Shown in pieces: positions 29,545 through 38,134 of a DNA stretch of 64,000 bases (the stretch's first letter is position 1; the number at the start of each line of letters is the position of its first letter). A program made the position numbers and the translations under genes. Location of the stretch: positions 4,192,001 through 4,256,000 of the forward strand of contig CBDCTK010000002.1 of the NCBI GenBank assembly GCA_965222225.1, read 5' to 3'. The notes below the pieces were generated by a model, which had not been told where the DNA came from, did not search any database, and saw nothing but the letters and a program-made list of their open reading frames with translations. This DNA comes from Candidatus Poribacteria bacterium (GTDB lineage Bacteria > Poribacteria > WGA-4E > JAJDTR01).

Positions 29545-30768
29545 TTAGGTCTTATCGTTATCTTGCAACGATTTTGCGGCGAAAATGGCCAAACGTAATT
29601 CTTCTCCAAAGAGTTCATATAGAGGGGTTTTGCCGCTGAGCGCCTTGCTTTCATTGAGAATAATTCCGACCCCCTCACCCCTACGCTCCAGAAAGTGTCG
29701 CCTTGCTACATGTTTCTTCATATTATCGTCTAGCGTAGTTTCTGACAGTAGGCGAGCGAGCAGTTCGTTACGCGTCGCTTGGTTGTAGGGCAAATCGTCC
29801 ACCGTTAAGCTATTTGCCAATGCACCCGGCGAATAGAGTTCTAGCCGGTCCGTGAACATAAACAGGCGAATTTTCGATCCGGCTTTTGAATAATCTCTAT
29901 GTACAACTGCATTAACCAGTGCCTCAAAAACAGCTCTCATGCTGTATTGCGATCGTTCTATTCTGCCAATCTCCTTGCGAGCGGAGACTTGGTTATATCT
30001 TTCAACAAATTTGAATGCATCCACAATCTGGCGATCCAGCGGTCCCCTAAAATCCTTAGCATCAATCTGGTAGTTCGCATCCTTTTCCACGCCATTGTAA
30101 AATACGGCTTGAATGAAACTGTTATAGAGGTAATCGTCGGGGCTATCATGACACATCAACAGACCGGCTACCGAGGCGCGGTATTCATGACCATCTTTGA
30201 CCAGCAATCGTCTTTTAAGTAGTAAATCTTCTATCTTCTCACGATCAGCCGCATCCTCTGTGATAAATCGCTGATACAGCTTTTCCCTTAATGTTTCTTT
30301 GCGAGTGTTCGGGACAAACTGCTCATCAAAAGAGATTCTATGTGCTTGTGATCGGCTTTGTAACAATCGCGCCAACTGCTCGGTGGCCATCTCTCTTTTA
30401 CTGCTGCCTTGGCGGATGAAATAACCGTTAGATGATTTATGAACAAACGGGCTCCGAGGCACTTCGATTTTTAAGAGATTTTTATTATCAACTTGCAGTT
30501 TTTCTGTAACAATGTGAACCATAGGGTCAATGTTGTCTCCGCATATTTCAACTGCTGTTTTCTCTGTCCTATCAAGATTCTGGCGGTCAATACCGACAAT
30601 TTCACTATCATCGTCAACGCCGATTAGTATCACGCCACCGTTCGCGTTGGCAAACGCAGCGATTTCATCGCCGAGACTCTCTCTGTGATGCAACTCTCTT
30701 TTGAATTCAATCGTTGAGTCTTCTCCCAGATATATTTTTTCAATGAGGTCGGTCAGACTGTCGAACAT
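29545..30768 (-). CDS. AlbA_2 (Schlafen-like) plus HATPase_c_4 domain protein
   Basis: GEDSTIEFK, AFANANGG.ILIGVDD, EALVNAVVHRDY, ERRGEG. Confidence 0.88.
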   Translation of the reverse strand: MFDSLTDLIEKIYLGEDSTIEFKRELHHRESLGDEIAAFANANGGVILIGVDDDSEIVGIDRQNLDRTEKTAVEICGDNIDPMVHIVTEKLQVDNKNLLKIEVPRSPFVHKSSNGYFIRQGSSKREMATEQLARLLQSRSQAHRISFDEQFVPNTRKETLREKLYQRFITEDAADREKIEDLLLKRRLLVKDGHEYRASVAGLLMCHDSPDDYLYNSFIQAVFYNGVEKDANYQIDAKDFRGPLDRQIVDAFKFVERYNQVSARKEIGRIERSQYSMRAVFEALVNAVVHRDYSKAGSKIRLFMFTDRLELYSPGALANSLTVDDLPYNQATRNELLARLLSETTLDDNMKKHVARRHFLERRGEGVGIILNESKALSGKTPLYELFGEELRLAIFAAKSLQDNDKT

Positions 30769-30798
30769 CGCTCATTCTCCAGATGAATACGCTATTAT

Positions 30799-30834
30799 CT
30801 GCATCACGGATTGGCGGGGATTCCATCCTCGATT
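30799..30834 (+). repeat. 36-bp direct repeat, copy 2
   Basis: CTGCATCACGGATTGGCGGGGATTCCATCCTCGATT. Confidence 0.8.
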
Positions 30835-30913
30835 CGAAATCGGAATTACTGGGCGCTGCATTCTCAGAAATTGCATTGATTGGATTGGTTAGGACACTGG
30901 TGCTGCCTTCGCG

Positions 30914-31333
30914 TTACCTAGGCGCATCAAATATGAGAAAGACAAAGACGATGAAGGCAATTTCGATTAGGTAGAAGATAACGAACGTGACAGAGAAAAT
31001 TGCCGATACCCAGCTACATTTTGGTTTGTCTTTGTGTTTGAGAAGATCCATCTTAAAGTCGGTATCGGATTGGACTCTGACCTCGTCGTATACTTTTCGA
31101 AATAGCCTTTCTTGCCAAAGGAAATATCCGTTCAAGATCCAAAAGCCCATAACGGGGAGAATCAACGCCAAAGCAAAATAGGGATTCTCAACCTCGTGTT
31201 TAGGGATCAACACCATGGCTGCCACAATAATTATCATGCTCCAACTTTTTACCAAGAAACTGTTTCTTCCTAATCGGTTTATGACAGAATGGGTTATTTT
31301 CAAATTCTCGACTGCCTTTTCAGTGCAGTTCGT
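30914..31333 (-). pseudogene. Paralog of the 36929-37360 membrane protein, start codon ATG changed to ACG
   Basis: TNCTEKAVENLKITHSVINRLGRNS aligns with MNGTEKVVEHLKIIQAVIDRLGRNS. Confidence 0.7.
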
Positions 31334-31616
31334 GGTTTTTTACTCCAGTATCAAGTTTAGAAGCTGGCGATATATCGGGCTAGTTCATTCTCAGTTTATT
31401 TCCTAGTGTAATCCTTGGCTCGACTTTTTTGCATTCAGCAAGTTTAACAGACCGTGTAGATCAAACCATTCAGAATAACGGGTGAGATTTTAGCAATTTG
31501 GTCTGTTTTGCCGACCATTGAGAAAGTCTACCCTGTGGACGCGAATGCCTGTTTCACCCACCGCGGTGTATCGGGAAAGGTCGCCGGTGGTTTTTCGAAC
31601 AGCCTTTCACCTATCA

Positions 31617-31717
31617 GGACATACTATCGCCTACGTCGTCCATTCGGTTAATTGGTCGTTTGAAGTTATTTGATTACTACCCATTTAGTCGCTTGATCGC
31701 CATTCACTCCTTTAATC
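31617..31717 (+). repeat. Degenerate cluster of micro-element copies
   Basis: GGACATACTATCGC..GGTTAAT (31617-31652) plus 3' halves ..TTAGTCGCTTGAT and CATTCACTCCTTTAAT. Confidence 0.6.
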
Positions 31718-31796
31718 TCATGCTACAAATGTACAAAGTCGATCTTAGGATTTGCCCGACATGCTAAGTTTGGAAAAGCACCGGGCAGGGAGCGGA

Positions 31797-32414
31797 TTAG
31801 TTGTTGGACGAGGTTTCCAAGGCTTTTGTGTGCCCGTTCGTGCCCGGAATCAGCGCTGCCACTTCATCTCCGTCTTCGTTGCCAGGATGGGCAAGAGACG
31901 GGTGATTCCCACCCCCAAATTGTGCGAGGATTCCGCGGAGTTGCGTAATCGCGGTTGCAATATCGGGTGAGTCAATACGCTCGAGTGCGAACGTACTCAG
32001 TGACTGAGTCATGGTCAAGAGTTCGCGGAGGTCTTTAACGGTTGTGATTTCCACCTTCGCGTTATTTAATGCTTGCATAATGCAGTCGGTAAAACGGTCG
32101 GTCGCTTTGTCGATTTTACTATGCAAGTTCGCGAGGTATTCCTGTTTGCATTCTTGGTAGATTTCACCCCACTTGGCACGGTTGAATTTTTTGTTGTTGG
32201 GATTCATCGTGCGAATGCGTTCGCGTATTTGATCGCGGCTCAGGTGGAATTCCTTATCGGTCACGTGCTCCTGCACTTTCTCCAACAAATCTAGAACCTG
32301 GTTGGTTGTGCAGCATTCGGCAAACCTGCGTATGATATACTCGCAGACAAATGCCTCTTTCGAAAAATCGAGCGGCTTTTGTAATTTATTCACGTTTTCC
32401 TCCTCAAAAAGCAA
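31797..32414 (-). CDS. Hypothetical protein resembling DUF2280 (phage terminase small subunit-like)
   Basis: IIRRFAECCTTNQV..SRDQI..NP..KW.EIY pattern. Confidence 0.5.
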   Translation of the reverse strand: MLFEEENVNKLQKPLDFSKEAFVCEYIIRRFAECCTTNQVLDLLEKVQEHVTDKEFHLSRDQIRERIRTMNPNNKKFNRAKWGEIYQECKQEYLANLHSKIDKATDRFTDCIMQALNNAKVEITTVKDLRELLTMTQSLSTFALERIDSPDIATAITQLRGILAQFGGGNHPSLAHPGNEDGDEVAALIPGTNGHTKALETSSNN

Positions 32415-32996
32415 TTAGTGGCGAGCCACGGGATTGGATTATGGATGATACCCCAAATTCGGCGGTTTATCCAATAAAAGCCCCTTCAACAACGCAGAAA
32501 ACCGCCTTGTAATCTTGTAACACAGTTTTGCAATATTTTCCGTGCAGGCATGGTGTTGTGAGATGTTGCCATTGCGGGACGAGGAGATCCCCGTTGGGTG
32601 GAATCTGTATGTAATCTCTATGTTGTGCCCGATGAATCTTATAACTCAAAACTACGTGTGCTGCCGGGAATAAGCTGGACGAATGATACGACATGTATGT
32701 TAAGTTTGTCAGGGTAAATCTTCTGATTAAGAAGACGGCGGCTGAATGGGGTTCAATCGGCGAGGTTCATCACCGGGCGAGATGTGGCTGCGAGTTTTGG
32801 GAATTAGGGATTGGCGGGAATTCTGTCTCAAAGTCTGTATCACGGATATTCGCGGATAAAAGGATTACGCGGATAAAATTCTTCAGCGATTAGTAACCTA
32901 AGAGCTTGTTTGAATAATAGATAGTCAAGTCATGTCTGGTCATTTGAGGAAGGGCTTTTCATGTTCTTGTCGTCACACGCACACTATTCACCTGTC

Positions 32997-33091
32997 GGAT
33001 CTCTATGGGAGCTCTATCGCGGTCACTACGGGATCTTCTATCGCCTTCGTTAACCACTCTCAGTTGATCGCTCGTTATTCACTCGCTTGAT
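32997..33091 (+). repeat. Nested micro-element array
   Basis: Outer GGATCTCTAT...CTCGTTATTCACTCGCTTGAT interrupted by two further copies. Confidence 0.75.
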
Positions 33092-33119
33092 CCCGCGCTG
33101 GGGCTTTTAGAGGCTGGTG

Positions 33120-33154
33120 GGATCTCTATCGCATTCGCTAATCGCTCATTTGAT
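33120..33154 (+). repeat. 35-bp micro-element splitting a REP palindrome
   Basis: GGTG[35 bp]CGCAGTGCGCACC versus the empty site at 26756-26772. Confidence 0.9.
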
Positions 33155-33373
33155 CGCAGTGCGCACCCTACAAATGTACTTTTCAAACAGGTTCTAAGGC
33201 TTTCTATCAGTGATAAATATTTTTTTCATGTACTTTTACTTCAGTGATTACGTGATGACGTGGATTAGGGTGTGCGGGGGCGGGGGCGGACTTAGGGTGA
33301 AGATTATGAACTAAAGGCGAAAGAACGCGTTCGTAATGGTACTGGGAGAAAACCCTGATAGGCTTAGGTGGAT

Positions 33374-33856
33374 TTACTGAATATTCTCAAGCTCGGTTAA
33401 GTCTTCAACTTCTGCCATTAAAGACAGTGCTTTTGCGTAACCACGCAGTTTTTCTTGTAATTCTTCAAGTTCACACCTGAACTGTCTCACTAGTGCCTCA
33501 TCATTAAATGCATCTTCTAGTGATAGTTTGTGCCACTTCGCCGTAAATGGTCGTATGACTTGATTTAATACAGGTATGGCGATTTTTGCAAACTGAATAG
33601 ATCCAGAACCCTTGTCTTTCAAAATATCACGTGTTATTTGAAATAAGGAATAAACGCTAGTAAGTGCTGTTTTATCATCTCCAACATCAATCGGGAGTGG
33701 TTGAGTTGTGATTCTAGTCAGTAATTCAATGTACAATTCCCAAGCTGCTTCCTTGTCATGTTCTTTGGGCTTGAATTCAGCCTTTAACACATGAATATTA
33801 AGTTTCAATTGTGAAAGTTCTAGCCCAGAAATGGAAAGCCATTTTGAAAGTTTCAA
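33374..33856 (-). CDS. Hypothetical protein (160 aa)
   Basis: AGGAGG RBS; AAWELYIELLTR..IRPFTAKWH looks like a conserved helical family. Confidence 0.75.
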   Translation of the reverse strand: MKLSKWLSISGLELSQLKLNIHVLKAEFKPKEHDKEAAWELYIELLTRITTQPLPIDVGDDKTALTSVYSLFQITRDILKDKGSGSIQFAKIAIPVLNQVIRPFTAKWHKLSLEDAFNDEALVRQFRCELEELQEKLRGYAKALSLMAEVEDLTELENIQ

Positions 33857-34017
33857 ACCTACCTCCTAATGGGTGACTCCGCAATGTATACATTTTGAAT
33901 TGTACTTCTTAACTTACCCCCATCCTTTAGACAGTAAATGACGAGATTTAAGTAATGAAAACCGACTAAACCTGGTCAAATTGCTGGGCGTAAGTTCAAA
34001 AGAGGGCAAGCATTCTT

Positions 34018-34236
34018 TTAGATGTTGTACCCTAGTTTTGAGAATAGAAGTTGAAGAAGATCTGTATCGTTTTCAAACAACTCGATCGCCGTTTGTGATT
34101 CTAATTCGGTAAAGTGTTTCGTTCTTGACAGATGCTCTTTTATTCGGTTGATTTCGGTCCTACGTTCATTTAGAATCATTTCGACTTCTTCTTGAGTTAG
34201 TTCGCGCCGACTTATGGCTATTTCACGATAATTCAT
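34018..34236 (-). CDS. Small hypothetical protein (72 aa)
   Basis: AAGGAGG RBS and ATG start. Confidence 0.65.
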   Translation of the reverse strand: MNYREIAISRRELTQEEVEMILNERRTEINRIKEHLSRTKHFTELESQTAIELFENDTDLLQLLFSKLGYNI

Positions 34237-34415
34237 AAGTCAAACCTCCTTGAGGATATACTCTGAAGAAAACGAAGATAGAATCCATTAAAGGAATCTT
34301 GGAAGGCTTGGCAAAACGAATTCGACAACTGACCGAAAAAGTAAAAACCAGCATTCATAACAACGTATAGTCCTGACTACTTGGGGATAGCTAGCATTTG
34401 ACTTCTAGTTCCTGC

Positions 34416-34453
34416 AAAAGAAAAGGGAACGCCTGGTGAGAAGGCACTCCCTT
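34416..34453 (-). terminator. Intrinsic terminator
   Basis: AAGGGAGTGCC-loop-GGCGTTCCCTT followed by TTCTTTT on the minus strand. Confidence 0.6.
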
Positions 34454-34510
34454 AGCACCGGTGGCCGCAATTAACGTTCGCCGAAAAGCCTCGGTCTCTA
34501 TACTATACTG

Positions 34511-35152
34511 TTACGTCATTGCAAACGCCGGTGTCCATCCTAACTGCCTTGGAGAATTGTGTTTTCTCATTTCGCGTCTAAGATCATATTTGCATGTGCT
34601 TCGACCTTGAAACGCAGCATCAATCAGAAAGCGAAGGTTCTTCGGATTGTTTGCAATTGTTTCCCATTTAGTAACTGAGATTTTTGCCTTCGGGTTTAGT
34701 AAGTTGCCGATGATTCGTTCGGGGACGTAAGGCTAACGACGCTCGTATTCTGACCGATGGTCAATGCTGTACCAACTAGGAAACTCAGGATAAAGAGCAT
34801 GTTCGCCATCATGGGGAGCTGTAACAAAATGGGAATTAGTCAATGGCAGGCTTACCACGAGAAGCCCGGATTTTTTGTTAACTTTCCCGTTAATCATACT
34901 CGAATAAATTTCCCAATCTACGTGTTTCCTTCCTTTAGTTTCTAACCCTATAAGCACAATAGTAATTGTCGAATCACGCAGGTACTTGTCACGGATTTTT
35001 TCTCTGATTACTTCGTCTTTAAGATTCTCAGAGATGTCACCCGTGTCCACAGATTGGTCAATAAAAATTCTGTATCGTCTCCCTAGTCGAACAAGTTCTT
35101 CCTGGTAATCTTGGTCATTAGCATGATGGTAACTGATAAAGGTCTTATGCAT
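34511..35152 (-). pseudogene. TIR domain protein (ThsB/MTH538-like) with in-frame TAG at 34733-34735
   Basis: KTFISYHH, STITIVLIG..RKHVDWEI; frame continues PYVPERIIGNLLNPKAKISV after the stop. Confidence 0.8.
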
Positions 35153-35167
35153 TGATACCTCCAAGAA

Positions 35168-35548
35168 TTATGTGCGGGAAAAGTACATTACGATAAATGT
35201 CACACCTAGAAGAATCAACGTCAGAGGAACAATAAACCCAAAACTAAACCACAACCTCGACTTAGGCGGAATGTTATTGTCGCCAATCTTAGAAGCGACC
35301 TCACGAAGAACCTTGTTGTTCATATCGACCCCGTGCTTAATCTTGAATATGGTCGCCCCAAAGATGACAAATAAAGTGCCCACTACTGCGAACACCCATT
35401 GCACTGATTCACATTCTGCTTTTACATAGGCTAAAGACAACGGGCCAAGTATCATGACTATCTGCAACATTTGCCAACGTAATCGGTCGAGATAGCGGAA
35501 TGTTTCGTAGCGCTGTTTGTAAATTTCTAGTTCCTCGCATGTAGCCAT
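35168..35548 (-). CDS. Small multi-TM protein, candidate effector
   Basis: AAGGAG RBS; three hydrophobic segments; lies between two TIR genes. Confidence 0.7.
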   Translation of the reverse strand: MATCEELEIYKQRYETFRYLDRLRWQMLQIVMILGPLSLAYVKAECESVQWVFAVVGTLFVIFGATIFKIKHGVDMNNKVLREVASKIGDNNIPPKSRLWFSFGFIVPLTLILLGVTFIVMYFSRT

Positions 35549-35556
35549 GTTTTTAC

Positions 35557-35742
35557 TCACTCCTTGTTGATTAGTGGTTTCACTGCCAAAGGGCTTGTCC
35601 TTTTCGCAGTTTCCCAAACCGAAGCGTCAAAAAAGCCCGCATCATCTCGATCTGCTTTAGTGAGCCAATGGTTCCTGACCACGTTCGCCCTAAAGTCTAT
35701 TACATTCTGATAATGAAAACTGAAGAACACTCTGCGCGCCAT
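35557..35742 (-). pseudogene. Truncated TIR (ThsB/MTH538-like) N-terminus
   Basis: MARRVFFSFHY..RANVVRN..GFFDASVWE ends after 61 aa, before the catalytic Glu. Confidence 0.8.
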
Positions 35743-35928
35743 GGTAATCGTCCTCTTCACGTCCTTGAAGTTTTCTGTTGGGAATTCTGAGAATCATGCG
35801 CTGGTCGGATTGCCGGAAACATGTCAAGCTAGAATGAAAACAGTATAAGAAAGGCTAACTCGGTGGTTCAGGTCAATAGGTTTTGCCAGGGGGAATCACG
35901 GAGAACCAGATTGCCCAAAAAAAACGTA

Positions 35929-36240
35929 TCACCGGACAGATCTTCTTTTTGTGCCAGACATATTCTTAACAGTTCCACTGACTTCTTTTGTTTTCATTGC
36001 TTCAATCGCTTCGGGCATGTCCTTTTGGGGGACCTGCAATACCTTCTGCGGCTTCTTACTATCTTTCAACCTTTGAGCGGCTTTTACTAATTTCTGTTTC
36101 TCACCACTGCGTTCGATTTCCGTGGCTCTATTTTTGGTTTGGGCATCAAGCCGACGGCCACCTTTAAGAGGGGCTTCAGTCTTGCCACTTTTGCCTGCTG
36201 CCTTCGATTTTGCCCTTCTGTGGGCGTTTGATTCTGCCAT
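35929..36240 (-). CDS. Small basic hypothetical protein (103 aa)
   Basis: AGGAGG RBS; K/R-rich; RLDA...ATEIERSG. Confidence 0.75.
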   Translation of the reverse strand: MAESNAHRRAKSKAAGKSGKTEAPLKGGRRLDAQTKNRATEIERSGEKQKLVKAAQRLKDSKKPQKVLQVPQKDMPEAIEAMKTKEVSGTVKNMSGTKRRSVR

Positions 36241-36639
36241 TTGATTCGCCTCCTGTTAAAAGATGTTCATCATTGCCTACAACTCACGGCTATTGTGCGA
36301 TTGCCCTAACTTCTGAGATCGGAGCAGCCATACTTGCCAAACGACCGAATATTTCGGTGATTCAAAAAGTCTTGTTAATTCTTCGGTGTGGAGTCGATTT
36401 GCCGCGGGAAACGACAAGGTAAGATCAAAGTCTTGCATCTCTTCCACTGCTTTTTAAAGTTTGTTTAAGTTACAATCGTATGTTACCCGATGTGACTTGG
36501 GAATGCAAGTCGAAATCGGAGTTCATCGCCATAATTTGTACAAAATGTTAAAATACCCACGACATGTAGAAGATTGGATCGTTGGGGTGTAAAAACTAGA
36601 CCTGAGGGGATTGCTCTTATCCGTACCTCACGCCTGACC

Positions 36640-36695
36640 CTTCAAACACCTCGCCTTACTCAACCGCGCCTCGACAAGATTCACAACCGCCTCAT
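36640..36695 (-). repeat. 56-bp duplicate of the methyltransferase 3' end (40815-40870)
   Basis: 55/56 identical; encodes EAVVNLVEARLSKARCLK. Confidence 0.92.
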
Positions 36696-36928
36696 GCATA
36701 GTGCGATAACCGAAGAAGGGAGGCAGTGGGAGGCAAACCCTTTTCCCGATAATCAGGGCGAGGGTAGATTGCTATCCACTCAGTTGATTGTTGGCTTGAT
36801 CTGTCCTGCCGGCAGTTGGGTAGCGTAGGCGGTTTGCGGCACACGGGGGTTACGGCACACGGGGAGTGCCTACTACAATGATGCCACTTAGCGCCGTGTA
36901 TTCATTGATAATGTGTTGACCGGATTGG

Positions 36929-37360
36929 TTAGGGAGCTGGAAGTGTTTTCGCATCAACTATGAAGAACACAAAAACCGTGAAGGCAATTTCCAACAAATA
37001 GAAGATTACGAGCGTGACTGAAAAGATTGCCGATAGCCAGTTACATTTCGGTTTGTTTCTGTGTTTGAGCGGATCCATCTGAAAGTCAGTGTCAGATTGG
37101 ATTCTGATGTCGTCGTAGACTTTTCGAAACAGTCTTTCCTGCCAGAGGAAATATCCGTCAAGAATCCCGAAGCCTAGAACGGGAAGAACAAGCGCCAAGA
37201 CAAAATACGGGTTTTGTACATCGTGCTTAGCGATGAGTGCCATCGCCGCGATAATAAGAGCTAGGCTCCAAGTTTTGACCCACAAGCTGTTGCGTCCTAG
37301 ACGGTCAATCACGGCTTGGATTATTTTCAAGTGTTCTACGACTTTTTCTGTGCCATTCAT
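36929..37360 (-). CDS. Small multi-TM protein of a type I recall next to TIR genes
   Basis: HLKIIQAVIDRL..NS..VK.W, LDGYFL.QERLFR..YD. Confidence 0.8.
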   Translation of the reverse strand: MNGTEKVVEHLKIIQAVIDRLGRNSLWVKTWSLALIIAAMALIAKHDVQNPYFVLALVLPVLGFGILDGYFLWQERLFRKVYDDIRIQSDTDFQMDPLKHRNKPKCNWLSAIFSVTLVIFYLLEIAFTVFVFFIVDAKTLPAP

Positions 37361-37540
37361 GGGCTAATCCTTCAACACGAACACTTGAAATCTCGTGGCG
37401 TCTTTAGGGTTAATTCTCTTTCGAGCGTTCACTACTTCAAGAAGAATCGTGCCTAGTTAGCCACAGGCGGATACTTAACGCAAGGCAAAATACACGCCAG
37501 TCGCTGGGAATTGTTACTTCCCTTGCGGCAATGTGGATTT

Positions 37541-38095
37541 TCAAACAGATATAAGGGAAAGATCTTCAAGAAACGAACATACCTTTTCGATCTGTGAATT
37601 ATTGAGATTCCATCCATACTCTTGAGCGATTTGTCGAATCTGCTCTGTTGTGGTACTTCTTTGCTGTTTGACAATGTAACAAACTTTTGCAGCGATTGAG
37701 AGCATGTTAAAATCGTGCGCCAATTTTCCCTTGTTCAGCGTGTGAAGTTCTCTCTGCCAATCCGTATATCCAGCCTCCTTTCTTATCTCCATCATTACGA
37801 TGTCTCCATCAGGAGTTAAAGAATACGTATGGCGGCGGATCTCGCCAAAGATATTCTGATCTGATTCAAAAGTCTCTTTTTCCTCGTTCAGGAAACGTGC
37901 GTTGACGAGAATATCCAAATTTTCTGCAACTAAACTGCTATAAGGCCCATAGTAGTGTGGGCGGAACCCATAGTCGACTCCCTTTAATTCCGAAAGAAAA
38001 TAAAGTTTCTTTTGGAGGATAGTTCGCCCCTGAAGGCGTTTACCTTCCTCATTTCCAATGATAAGCAAAATCAAGTCTTGAATGTGCATACACAC
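37541..38095 (-). CDS. YwgA-like winged-helix protein
   Basis: GRTILQKKLYFL..F.PHYYGPYS..YSLT. Confidence 0.75.
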   Translation of the reverse strand: MCMHIQDLILLIIGNEEGKRLQGRTILQKKLYFLSELKGVDYGFRPHYYGPYSSLVAENLDILVNARFLNEEKETFESDQNIFGEIRRHTYSLTPDGDIVMMEIRKEAGYTDWQRELHTLNKGKLAHDFNMLSIAAKVCYIVKQQRSTTTEQIRQIAQEYGWNLNNSQIEKVCSFLEDLSLISV

Positions 38096-38134
38096 TCCTT
38101 TTTTTCAGGGACAATGTCCCTTGACTCTCCCTTG

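Larger units (their letters stand above)
32902..33194. mobile_element. Non-autonomous MITE with IS5-family (IS1031-type) ends and TAA target duplication
   Basis: TAA|GAGCTTGTTTGAATA ... TTTTCAAACAGGTTC|TAA; no transposase; interior contains REP and micro-elements. Confidence 0.65.

Noticed and set aside
31440-31720. Apparent TIR remnant (GDQATKW, VLIGE on the minus strand)
   Set aside because: The same bases are mostly explained by degenerate micro-element copies, and there are many stops
34733-34735. Stop-codon reassignment or programmed TAG readthrough
   Set aside because: TAG terminates other genes normally (e.g. 11847, 22247); a simple nonsense mutation in a decaying operon is sufficient
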